In this document: positions 37,534 to 49,972 of the stretch, in pieces
Position numbering within the stretch: position 1 is the stretch's first letter
Layout: each line of letters starts with the position of its first letter
Origin: Trichodelitschia bisporula
Lineage: Eukaryota
DNA length: 64,000 nucleotides
Assembly (NCBI GenBank): GCA_010356995.1
Contig: ML996691.1
Location: forward strand, 874,174-938,173
Reading direction: 5' to 3'
Translations under genes and position numbers: made by a program
Notes under the pieces: generated by a model
What the model saw: the letters and a program-made list of their open reading frames with translations, nothing else
The model's database searches: none
Told to the model about the DNA's origin: nothing

Positions 37534-40095
37534 TCACCACCCTTTCTTTCTCGCGAATCTCCGGTTCAGGAGATTCAGCACTTTCGTCACGTTGAATTGG
37601 ACATACTCGAGATCGAGATCTTCTTGGTTGTCCTTTTGCATCTCCAGCAAGTCGTCAAGCTTCAGGTCAAGTTCGAGGAGACCCCGGTTGCGGCCTGAGA
37701 AGACAGAGTCAGCGTCTGGAGACAAGCAGCGGCCTAGACTGAATTGCCCACCTTTATAGTGCAGTGATATGACAAACGTGCCCGGCAGAGGACTAGTGAA
37801 GTTGAAGAAGATGTTCGCGCGACGGTTCTCCGGAACGTTGCTCTTCTGGATGACACCCTCCTTCTCGAGCTGTTGATGCGTAAACTTGTACGGCCCGAGA
37901 ATCTGCTGTTTCTGCGCCTTACGCGTCTTGCCTTCGGCTTGACTACGCACGTTGTGAAGATATGACTTATACGTCTCGAGCTGGCTGACCAGGTAGGCGT
38001 TGTGATCGCGAATCGTGCGGAACACCTCCTCGAGTTTCTTCGTCTCCTCGACGACCTTCTCCTTCATGGAGCCAAGGTGAACAAGCTCTTGCTCGACTTC
38101 ATCGCGGAGGAGCGCGAAGCCATCGTCCTTGCTGATCACACCTAGCTCCTGGAGCTGATTAATCAATTCCATGCTGCGGATCCCTTTCTTGACCATGACA
38201 GAGTCATTCTTGGTAGTTGCGGCGGCTTCTGCAATGCGCTCGAGCCGCAGCGGTCTCCGAGTAACGGATGTGTTCGGCGGCAGGGACCGCATGATCATGA
38301 CGAAGGTAGACTTGGCTTCCATGAAGTAGACCTCCTCCTGCGTGATGTCCAAGGCAGCTGTGAGGTCATCCAGAGGCGTCTCCCACTTACTGAAAAGCGG
38401 GAGGTTGATGGTGCGGTTCTCCTTGCGCGGCAGCTGGGCTGGTGCAGTTCCGAGCTCTTGCAGGAGCTGACTCAGATGAGAGTTCTCGTCCCGTGCGAGC
38501 TCGCCGGTGTGCTTCTCCAGCAACGCGTGCGTCGAATAGACTTCGTTGAGCGTGATAGACAGCTCGAGGTCACGCTTGGAGAGTGCAACGTAGTTGTCCA
38601 TCTCGAGAGTCTCGTAGAAGTCTTGCACCTCGCAAAGGTCGAGCAGGAACTTGTTGATACGCTCCTTGTTACGTTGGATGAACGGTTGGAGCTTCACCAT
38701 GTACGGCTCCTTGGCATATGACGGCTTGTTCGCAAGGTTCTGTAGCATCTTAGCAACATAGGTCAATGTCCGACGGGGGTTTTCGCCGGGATTGTTGTCG
38801 ATGAGCATGTAAGAACGCGGTGTAACGATAGCAGGATTGATAAAACGGAGGAAGAAGAATCCACCGATGAGCGTGCAGATTGTGTGGTCTTGGGCGTCCG
38901 GGTACTTGCGCTTTGATAAGCTGCGAATCTGCTTGCAAATCCAGCGGATGCCATATGGGGTTTCCTCCAGACCGGTAATGATGGTATCCAGGAAGGAGTT
39001 ACCGATGTCCATCAGCTTTTGTAGGCGGGGCTCGATGATCTCCTGGACGGTCCTGTTCTCGGCTGCCTGTTCTGCGGTCACGCTCCGGGCAAGGTCCGGC
39101 GGCAAGGAGCCTTCGTTCATTTCGATGTCCTTGACCATCTTCTCGTACACCTTCAGGGGGTTGATCTCGAGATCCAGATCACTGAGCTCTACCAGCGCGT
39201 TGATGCGCGTTTGCAGCACCGCCTTCAGATAGCTCTGCCCGGGGCCGCGGCGGGTATATGTGGTCATCATGCGAGAGACGGGGGTGTTCGCGCGAAGCAG
39301 GGACGAATACTCGGGAGTGTTGTCGAATTGCCAGGTGAGGACAGACTGGTAGAGTTAGCGAGCTGCACTTCGGGGAGCAGGAGGGGCGACAAACCTGGAA
39401 CATGGTGAGGAGAAGATGTTCCTCTCTGCTCTCGTACTGGTTCCCGTAGATTGTGAACATTACGGTTTGCAGGAGCGAGTCGATTTCAGCCATGGTGACG
39501 AGGCGACACAAATGCGCGATGTGGCGCGGCTCCGACTGAAGCAGAAAGAGCAGATTGCCGTACTTCTGCGTCTTCTCGTCGTTCGGGAAGAAGCCTTCCT
39601 GGACCTCGGTCGAGTCCTCCATGTGGGTGGCCATCTCCTCACGCTGGAGGTGTCAGTTTGCGCGACGTCGAGAAGGAATGTTAAATACCTCTTCCAGCGC
39701 CATGCGATTCTGAATTAGGAGCGCTATCCGCGAATCGAGATAGCGCACATCCTTCTCGAGGACGAAGTTCTTCTTTGATTGTGACGAAATCTTGGCCTTA
39801 AGTTCGCGCAACATCTTCTGGGCTGTGTAGAACGTCAACAATATGTTGCTAGGAATTGCGTACTTGGGAATCGAAGGTTTGGGGATGTACCTTTTGCGAG
39901 GTCGTCCTCGATCTCGAGGTCTTGCTCCTTGGCAGACATTGACAGGTACAGTGCGGTCACCGAGTACCGCTTGGACTGGCGCACCGAGCGCGAACCATCT
40001 TGAGACGACATGGTGTTCTGCCTCGAGACGGGTATGAAGGAAGACGACGACGAAGTAGACGCCCGCGAGGGAGCTTGAAGCATCGCAACCGACAT
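37534..40095 (-). CDS. gap1: Ras GTPase-activating protein (S. pombe Gap1/Sar1, Aspergillus GapA type; RasGAP plus RasGAP_C); four introns
   Basis: [35 protein letters not shown], RasGAP signature [27 protein letters not shown]-terminal [12 protein letters not shown]. Confidence 0.93.
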
Positions 40096-42205
40096 TTGGT
40101 AACTCTGCGCAAAGGGTCGGCACGTCCAAGGACTAGCCTAGGAGGTGTATCAGCGCGCGTGCGCAAGGTTATAAGGGAATGAGTTTTCGTAGTTGGCGTA
40201 TAGGACTCGAAATATCGCGGTCGCAATGGTGATTTGGGATGGAAGGGGGGGGGGAACCGGGGCTCCGTGGAGCAGTTGGGCTCGAGTATCGTGTCGCGCC
40301 CGAGGAGCGATAGCTCGAAAGGAAGGCGCAAAAACGACTACTACCGATTGTTGACGGAGGTGGGATGTTGGGTGTAATGTGCGCTAAATGGTCGGACGTG
40401 CGTGGTGCGACGAACAAAGGGATTTTAGTGTTCAGTTTTAAGGCCGGCCGATGTTTCCGTTGTCGCTCTACACGTTTGAGAGAGGAGGGTTGAATGGGTT
40501 GTACGACTGGTACCAATGCGATTAGAATTATCGGGGTTGCTGCCAGGCGTCTGTTTGGGGATGAGAAGAGGGCCGAGCCAATGCGCAAAAGGAGGGCTCC
40601 GACGAGTTTTGGTGCGGAGATTTATGCTGATGGGTGAGTTGGTGATGTTTGGTGTTGCACTGAGCGCGAGATGAGATGGCGGAGCGCGAGAGTAGGTGGA
40701 GAAGGAAGCGACGTACGGAGTACCGCACCTGCTGTAGGAGGTAGGGGGGGGGAGGAGAGGGGAAGAGAGCTGACTGGTCTTAGGGTTGGAAACGGAATGG
40801 GCCGTAAGATAACGAGCACTTCGGTTACGCTTGGGGCGGGGTGGGAGGGAAGGGTGTTGGCCTTGTTGGCCTGCTGGCTGTTGGGCTTGGGCTTGAGCCC
40901 AGAGTGTGGGAAGGGATGCTGATGGGGGTGTGGAGCACGGGCCAGTTCGATATCTAGGGACAACCCAAAAAGGCACCACAAGAGACCCGACGACCGATCA
41001 TGGTCTCCAGTCTCCACACTTTCCATATTTGAGGCTGCAAACTTTGATGTCACTTTGGCATCACGAAAGCTACGGTAGTTCGACCATCTCCGTTTGGTCA
41101 CTGTCTTGATCCACCTGCTCTAGACTTGTTGGTTGGTTCATCGTCCTTCCGCTCCAAACCAGCCTTGCACTCTTCTCCATCTCACTCCGCTCAAACCACC
41201 CTATGATCCCAGATCGATTACTACGTATGTAGGCTGGGCCCTGCGCATGGTTCAAACAGACTGTTGTCGGTCGTCCCATCACCGTCAAGGTTGTAAATAT
41301 ATATACATCCGTATCGAGTTTCGCTTCTTACCATGATAGCCTATAAATGGCAAGGAGGTTGCAAGTTTCATATTGGAGGCACCAAAGCTGATGCTTAATA
41401 TCCAGGCCTCATTCCACCTTGTCCGGTCTGTTGCTCTAGCCAGGCGTTGTTTCAGGAATACCTTCAAGTCGGGCACGCAGAGCAGCTGCCAGCTCAACAG
41501 CCTGGCATCCAGCAGTTTGGGTGCAAGCTACGGGTTCGAAGTTGCTCAGGCAATTTCCTTTGCCAATTCGTGCCCGTAAGTCTGACGCTCTGCGGTCACG
41601 GTGACGTTGTCGTGATCCACGGATCTCTCTCACCATTTCTCAAACGCCTTGTGCGCCAACAACCGTCAACCTCGTCGCATACCGTAATGGCAGGCACATG
41701 TGCGATTCCAGAGCTGCTGAGTTAAGTGTGCGTCTCATCCTTCTGACACCGGGTTTCATTCCTGTCAAAAAGATCCAACATTGGAATTCTGCACACCTAC
41801 ATTCCAATTGCCTCGTTCGAGCTCGTTCGAGCATCCGCCGACTTGCCTTAGGTAGCCGGGGACGCCAGGCCAGGATGCGGGCCGCTGCGTGTTTCTGCAT
41901 GCCGAAACCAGTGTATAACGTACTTTAGGTAAGGCTATCTAAATACGGCGTAGGAGACGTACTACGTACGGTACCGTAGACTGAAGAGGGGTAGGGCCGA
42001 CAAGGGTGGACATGGGGCTGGTCAAGTGGATTGGGGAAAGTGCGACTGCAGAGACTCTCGGCTCAACCTTAACCTGCAACTCCCGATCAACTTCTCCTCT
42101 CCTTCATACCACTCTAGGCTTGGCATATCCATATCCATCTCTACCGTATTTTGCTTGCCTTCCTGTCTTCACCGGCTTCAAGCTTTAGCTCCAGTAGCAG
42201 CAGCA

Positions 42206-42240
42206 GAGCAGTCGGTAAAAATGAGCAGTCGGTAAAAATG
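42206..42240. repeat. Exact 17-bp tandem duplication (GAGCAGTCGGTAAAAAT x2)
   Basis: Read directly from the sequence. Confidence 0.9.
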
Positions 42241-44564
42241 CGCAAAGACGCCGCATCAGACATTTGTCTCCGAAAAGAGATGCCTGCAGCGGTGATGTCT
42301 CAATATCGCCCCCCTCCCGCCAAGACCGGCGCGTACGGAAAATATATTTGAGAGAAAGGGGAATGGCTTCAGGAACAAGCCCTGGCGAAGCAACGGTCAG
42401 CTGAACGCCAGCTAACCTCAGCGCCGGGCGCCGCTGGCGCAGGACCGCCAAACACGCTGCACACAAGGGCTTGGGCCTGGACGTGCGCATCCTTGGGGGA
42501 GGAGGACGAGGACGAGGATGAGGGGAGGGGCGGGGGGGTGGAGGGGGTGGTGTTCGAGGATGGCTGACCGACTGCAGCATCGCGCAACTCAATTTCGTTG
42601 CCTTTGACCTCGATCGGTATTATCGATGCTCGACTCGCCTTGCTGGTTTGTACCGGGTCAAAGGATGTCAAGACTAGCCGACTCGTCCTTTGAAATTTCG
42701 CTGCGACAGCAATCTTCAGCGGTCAGCCAGCATTGCTTGTCGTGAGCTGTCTGATCGTCCTGATCCCACCTGGTGGTTATCTTTGCCCCTCGGCGTTTCA
42801 GACCGTCAGTGTTGGAGCGGGGTGGAAACACGTCTGAGCTCTTATTCCGTGAGCGATGCACCAACGACACTCGGCGCTATGAGGAATTATGTGCAGTGCG
42901 CCTGTGCGCTCTGAGCGTTAAGCGTCAAGAGCACCAAATACCCAAAGCCAACTAAGCTTCATACAGCACTCTTCTCACACTGTGCAGGTTATGAGGCAGC
43001 CCGAGAGTATGGGCGGCAAAGAAAGGGGCATGCAAGCTGTGCAGCGCCGACCAGAGCACGCTCCACCCGCCACACGGCCATGCCTGCAGAAACGCATCGT
43101 GTCCGTCCAAAGACCGTTCAGACGGAGGTTTACGCATCTCATGTCGAGTCAAGACCTTAGGCGGCAGCTTCGGAGCACGGCATGCGCTAACCACAACACC
43201 ACAATGTCAAGATAGCGACGGTTCGTGATACCGTCGCACTGACACCCGTCACCCGTCTGTCAGCAGGGACCTGGCGGCGCGGAGAGAGAGAGACTGATGT
43301 CACCAAACTCTCCATCCTATCAACCCAGCCCCCTTCGCAAAGTAGCAAGCCAACTCGCCTCTCGAACTCCCCATCGCAGTTCTAACCACTCAAAATACGG
43401 AGTACAGTACTGTACTACGTTGGTACGTACTGCAGGCAACCACCCACCAATCCATATCTCCGGGGAACCGGTTCCGCGAAAGTCTCGTCCTGCCCGCCGT
43501 CGCACAGCCTTGCATCAGTTCGCGAATGCCCTCGTCAACCTCCAACACCCTCCAGCCTTCCCCCATCCCACCAACCACAAGCAACTACCGTAGCAGCGCC
43601 GCGCCAGAGGCGGGTAATCCTCCATCCCGCCGAGCGCACTCGGATCCTCCAAATCATCCGATAAGGCTACAACATCTGAAAGAAGTTTTGCGAACAATGT
43701 ACACTAGGCAACGCGGCGCAGCCTCGCCTGTCCGCCTCATCGTCCGCGCCGCCGCAAATGTTCCCCGCACCGCCACTACCGTAGGTACGCGCTCACCGTA
43801 CCCCAGTGCGATACGAGCGAGGTGCGCGCCTCGCGCGCGCATGGGGAAAACCCCGCCGCCGTGTGCCCTGTGCGCGATCGCGCGGGGCTATCGGTGGTGA
43901 GATTTGTATCCGCTTACGGGCGGAGGGAACGTGCTTGCCTAGCCTCGCGGCAGATTGCTAAAAACGCGGCTTGTTCATCGCGGCCCGAAATCGGCGGCAT
44001 ACTATTTGATATTACTGCTTCCGGTTTCGCGAAATGCGCGACTGACTTTCCGCGCTTCTAATCCCCTGGGGGACTCATTACTGTATGACGACTTGCATGA
44101 AACCACGCCCTGTGGTGGGGACGAAACCATGATCCCAAAAGCAAAACAAACAAATACCCATCAGCGCCGCTGATGCTCCGCCAGGTCCCAGGAACAAACA
44201 CACTCGCGTCGTTAACACCCCAACCCCAGGATCCCCGGGCGTCGGACGCCGGCGCTCTAGTCCCTCTCCGGAAACAACTCCGCCCGCGCCACGCCGCCGA
44301 TGCGCCACACGATACCTCAGTATTGATATCCTGATACTAGCCGAAGCGGCCTCCCCGATCTGCGCCAAACCGCTCAGCCTCGCCACCACCGCAAATCCAA
44401 AATCATCCATTCTTCATCCACATCATGGTCCCGCACACCGGGAACACTGCGGGAATGCGCTCGGGCTCCCGCGCCGAAACGCGCGTGTCTGTGGGTGCCT
44501 TGCGCGGCAAGGCTTGCATCACGCGGACCTTCCTCCGCCGTAGACCAGCCTGCGCTCCCCATTG

Positions 44565-46669
44565 TCACACAATAGCCGCCACCAGAGTCATCATGGTGAA
44601 GTAACTACAGCGTTTTATCAGCATCATCGTCATCCTGCAGATCCCCCGACGGGGGAACCTCTCCACGTACCTAGCAGCACAAAACGCCCACTCAGCAACA
44701 GGCATCATCTCTCCAAACCCCGCCCCCGACACCGCCGCCATGCCCGCCGCCTGCAGGGCAAGTAGCACAAGCAGCCGCGCCGCGAACCCCGGGATCGCAG
44801 TGAAAGCCAGCGGTGGCAGGAGCACGAGCAGCGGGAGCACAACGCCGAGGCTGGGCCGCATGCCGAGCGGCAAGTCGGCGAACCCATCGGGCGCCGGCCG
44901 CCTCCTCTGACGCTCCCGCTTCGGCTCGTGTTTCAGGCCCTCATGCTTCGGGCCCTCGTTCTCGCCCCGCTCGTGCTCCCTGCCTTTTCCGTCAGATCCT
45001 ACAGGCGCGGACTCACGGCGTCGGCGCAGCGGCGCTGCCTCGGGCGCCAGGCACATGAGGTCGCGGTCGTGAGATAGGAAGTGCGTTTCCATTTTCTCGA
45101 TTGGCGCGTGGGTGCGCATCCACGCGCGGTAGGCGGCGACGTGCGCGGCCGGCGCGGGCTCGAAGTTCTTGCCCGCGGACGAGTAGGCCTCGAGGGCCTG
45201 GTCTCGAGTGTGCGTTAGCGAGGCTTCCATCAAAAGATGAACGGAAAGGCATGAAGCTCACTGTACTGCGCCAGCTTGACAAAAACACGCCCAAGCACAT
45301 TCGTCCGCTGGAAATGCAAACTCCCACCCAACCGCGCCTCCGCCCGCCGACTCGCCGGCTGCAACACCCGCCCCTCAGTCGCCGGCGTCATTTGCGCAAT
45401 CCCCTCATCCAACCCCCGCAGCTCCTCCTCCAACTCACTAATCTCATCTTGCAAATGCAGCAAGATGCGATGATTCAGCGCCTCAAACCTGCGGTACACA
45501 GGCCGCGGCGCCGCCTCCCCGTCCCCGTCCGCACCCGTCAACATTGCAGCCACGAGTTCGTACCCTGTCAGCGTACGCTTGCGCGGATCGACGCCCAGCC
45601 CGAGTCCGAGACCTAGGTGCGGCGGCGCGGGGGCGTGTAGCAGGCCCTGGGGCGGAGGGGGCATGCCCAGCGCGCTGGGGTGCGGCGGGCCTGGGTACGG
45701 CGGGTACAGCGCGGGGTGGGCATGCGGCGGGTGTGGGGCGGGTGGTGGTGGGAAGGGGTACGCGGTGTCGAAGAGGGGGAGGGGGGGTGCAGGGGATGGC
45801 GCATAGGCGGCGGTTATGGGTGGCCGGTAGTGTCGTGTGGGCTGCGGGCTATGTACGACGACCGGAGGCTGGGTGTGTCGTCGTAGGTCTTGCTCTTGCT
45901 CGGCCATACGGCGGGCGATGGGGTCGGTATCGGGGAGAGTGCGGACGGTGCGTGGGGAGGGGACGAGAGGCGGGGAGGGCGGGTGGAGGTGGGGGTGGGG
46001 GTGATGGTGGTGGGAAGAGGAGGAGGCGGCTTCGGAGGACTCGTCATCATCATCCTCCTCCTCCTCCTCCTCCTCCTCCTCGTCATCTTCATCGTGGGAG
46101 TCGGAGTTGAGACTTCGGGAGGAGGCGGAGGAGGAGGAGTAGTTGGACGAGGAGTCGTCGACGGGGTCGAGGGGTTTGACGTCCAGCCCCGCGGAGGGCG
46201 AGCTGCTGCTTACGGAGATGCCGCTGTCTGAGTTGATGAAGCCGTGGCTTTCTCGTCGGGGTTGTTGACGGCGGCCGCGGGGGAAGGCGTTGGGGAAGGG
46301 TGGAGGTTGGTCGCTGGGGAGTGGACCGTCTGGGATGTTGTGGTTGTGGGAGAGGCCGTTGGGAAGGCTGTGGGACTGACCATTTGGGAAGCCATTCGGT
46401 GGTCCGTGGTACAGTCCGTTTGGTAGTCCATTTGGCAATCCGTTTGGCAATCCATTGGGGAGTCCATTGGGCAGTCCGCGGGATAGTCCATTCGGCAGTC
46501 CGTTGGGCAACCCATTTGGCAGTCCGTTGGAGTGGCCTGAGTGTCCGCTGGAGAAGGCTGGGAGTCCGTTGGTCAGGCCATCCGAGCGGTCCATGTGTGC
46601 TGGCGATGCCGACGGCGATGGGCGGTGAGGCTCCATGGCCGGGTGGTTCGTCGACTCTCCGGAATCCAT
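44565..46669 (-). CDS. DUF6594-family protein with C-terminal TM helices and an N-terminal NGLP-repeat/acidic/Pro-rich region; two introns
   Basis: LTGYELVAAML...PVYRRFEALNHRILLHLQDEISELEEELRGLD, hydrophobic C-terminus, canonical introns near 45260-45203 and 44668-44608. Confidence 0.82.
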
Positions 46670-49600
46670 CTGCCACTTGGGGTGGGGCAGAAATCAAATG
46701 GTTGGTCCAGAGGGGTAAGATGAGGTGTCTCTGTGAGAGGAGAGGAGGAAGAAAGAAAAAGTCGGTGTGTGTGACGGATTTCCTTTATCCTTTGCTTGCT
46801 CCTGGCTCGGAGTATAAAGTCCTTTGGTTCCTGGCTGTGGGGTAGATGGTCGGGTGAGGCGCCGGTCTTTCTGCCTCTGCTGGACTACAAGTCTACGGGG
46901 CGTGAGTGATTGCCTATGGGGCACGGGTCACGCTGGAGGGCGCAGGATGTACGAGGTCAGGGACGGGACGGGGAAGATTGTCCATGCGGTGTTTGGCGGC
47001 GATCAAGCAAGGCCGGGTGATGGAAAGGGCAAATCGGTTTGTGGCTTTTCTCATACCGATGTTGTCTTTCTCATGGGGGGATGGAAGAGGGCTCGGTGGA
47101 AGTCGGGGCCTTCGTCTTTTGCGGCCGGACGTACGATCAAATGCATCCAGGCCAGCGGGAGAGGATGCAGTTACTTTTGCTGACGGTGCGATTGCGAGAC
47201 CGCGGGGAGCTGTGGTTGGCGTCTTGCAATGGGTTGAGGGAAGTGTTGTCTGGGCCAATTGGTCAATCGGACGGGGTCACTCAATATTTGGGGTTCCTAT
47301 CGATGGCGACGGACGGGCTTGTGCGGGGGATGCGGGGGAGGAGACGAGTCTGGTTTTTTTTTCTGGATTGGCGTTTCTTTTGGTGAGTGGCCTATGGGGG
47401 AGTGGATGGTGGGGCTGTTGGTGGATGCGAGGAGAACCGGAGTGGATGTTGATTGAGGGATGGGCGGACGTGGGGAAGTGGAGTTGGGGAAGTGATATCT
47501 CACGAGTTGAGGAAGTAGGAACCTTGGACCTTGGGCTGGGGGGCTTGGGAAGTGGCTTGACGGGGTTGGAGGAGAAGGCGAGGGAGGGAGGGGTGGAGGC
47601 TCAGAGGCCGCGGTGGACAAAGGCACCAGCGAAAAGAGGCGGCTCGATTGCGTGCCTTTTGAGGTTGTATAGAGTGAAGCGGTGATGGCCGGGGATGATG
47701 CTTGATGCTCGAGATGGAGACGGGGATGCGGACGCCGATGGCGATGGCGATGGGGAAGCACAAAGCCGCGCCACGTCCAGCGAAAGGAGCAAAAGCAGCA
47801 GAAACAGAAACCAAGCTGTGGAACAGCCACCTACTCCACTCTCTCTGCCTCTCTCTCGAGAGAATCGTCAGTTCTCTTCCTCGATCCGCGAAACGCAATA
47901 TCGTCTGCCTTTCTTTCAAGCAGTCAGTCTTCTGTCCGCTCAATGCTCAATTCTGCCTTCTCACATCATCCTCGTTCCCCTCCTCCACCTAAAGTTTAAA
48001 GCTCCGCCGTGCCCCCCCCCGCCATTGCTTCGCTGTCAATCACCATCCCTCCCTCCCTCCCGCACGGGCGCCAGCAGCAAGCACCGACACCAGCACCAGC
48101 ACCAGCACCAGCAGCACCGCAAACGGCGGCAATAGCTGCGGGGGGGGCGGGGGGGGGGAGGGTAGGGTGACACAAATCCAACAAACCGGAGCCTCGCGCG
48201 GTGCAGCGAACCGGAGGGTAGCGAGCGAGCCATTAGCTCTGCCCACCCAGCAAAACGCAGCATCCCACGCACAACTGCCGTCGTCAAACAAACCAACGAG
48301 CGCGCATCACCGCGCAGGCGAATGCCATGCCATGCCTCCCAACCGATTGCACAACCCGGCCCTGCAGACCGGGGTGCGGCGCGGGGCACAGCGCGGGCCA
48401 ACGTGGCAGGTTGCCGCGACGCATCGAACTGGACTCTGCGCGCTACGGCCGCCGCGCTGTCCTGTGTGAGACTTCCACGATGGAAATTGTGGGAGAGGTG
48501 GATGGATATATAAAGATACGAGACGAGATGGGACAGCAAGCTCTTGGTGCGTACCATCTACTCCGTACGGTACAGCGCTACGTGTGCTCGTAGACGAATC
48601 GTCCCGACCCGACCCGACCCGCGCGGGGCCCAATTCCCTGCCTCGCCTCGGCCCGTGCGCGCCCGCCCTGCCCGCCGCCCGTGCGCCGCCATCGGGCGGA
48701 GATTAAAGCGGACGGAGAGCGCGCGTCTCGATGCGCGGGGCTCGATGTGATGTGCGTGCAGGGCCAGGGGAAGGGATGGGGGGTGATAAGGCTGCTGCTG
48801 CGAACCGTGCCCTGGCGAGGGGTGGATGCGGCGGCCTCTTTGGCATCAGGCTGAGGGTATGGGGAAGCGTGGGGTCGGGGGTGGGGTGGCCTCTTTTTTT
48901 TCCTGCGGGCTCAGCCTTGAGCTTTTGTCTAGCGTATTGCTTGTTCGATGAGGCTGCCGTCTGCCTGCTACTGCTTCTAGTAGCCGATAGATTTGCCTTA
49001 CTTTCCCTCGCTCTAAGTCTGAAGCATGCTCGCAGCGGAGCGAGGTAGCAAGAGTTGAACACTGCCGCTCACCAAGCCTATGCCTCTCACGGCCTTACCT
49101 AATCACGACCACGTCAACTTCGCCCTACCGCACCTCGCCCCGCGGCGGGGCGTATAGATCGGAAACCCAGTTTCAATATGCTTGCTGGAGATGTGGAGGC
49201 ATGGTATTGGCACTTCGGTAGCGCTTCGGGCCGAAAGGAGGTTGGCGCTTGACTCCAAATGCCGCTTTTTGTTGTGGGAGGACGTTGAGGTCGTCATCGG
49301 TGTTCTGGGATCAGGGCCGTTGACGGGGCGTCGGGGTGCAGGTACGAACGTGCGCTGGAGGGATTCGTGGGCGGCGGTTCGCCTAGTAATAGTTGACCTG
49401 GATGGTCCCTTTGGTCTTATCTCATTGTTTTCCTTTTGTGCCGCTGGCTTCCTGTTTCTGCAGTTCGAGTGTCTCGATGTAGGACGGGAGGAGATGGATG
49501 GTTTGATGGCTGCCTCTCGGGATGTCGAGTTCGAGGGATGAACACCACGTCGGTATGTTCCGGATCACATGTGATATGCACGTTTCGTGCCTGGCTTGAC

Positions 49601-49972
49601 AGATCAAGCATGTGAAGAGTCGTCGTCATTTCACAGAAAGCACTCCCCTTATGTCCTCTCTGTCACTGGCACCATTCACTTTCCTGTTAAGCATCTGCTC
49701 TGGATTGCTAAAGACGTCCCAGGTGGAGCATATAGCTCAACTACCAACACGGGACATGCTTGTCTGGCTGAGCTATTCTATAAAAGCAATGGAAGCTTAT
49801 AGCCTGGCTTTTGGAGGCATGAAGGATCACAAATCGGTATATCGGCATATAATCTCACGATCTCGCAAGTAGCAAATATCAAATATCAAACGCTGTTATC
49901 CACTTTTAGTAGGTATTCCCTCTAGCTCGAGACCAGCAACCCGTGCCGCAAACACTACTCCCTCTCCAGCAC

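Noticed and set aside
40096..44564. Many short ORFs in the 4.5-kb intergenic region (for example the acidic stretch at ~42500)
   Set aside because: No recognisable motif or consistent splice model. Short ORFs are expected at this GC content.
46670..49972. ORFs including the 259-aa 46906-47685 and (CACCAG)n/(GATGGC)n tracts
   Set aside because: Low-complexity promoter or leader sequence with unprotein-like composition.
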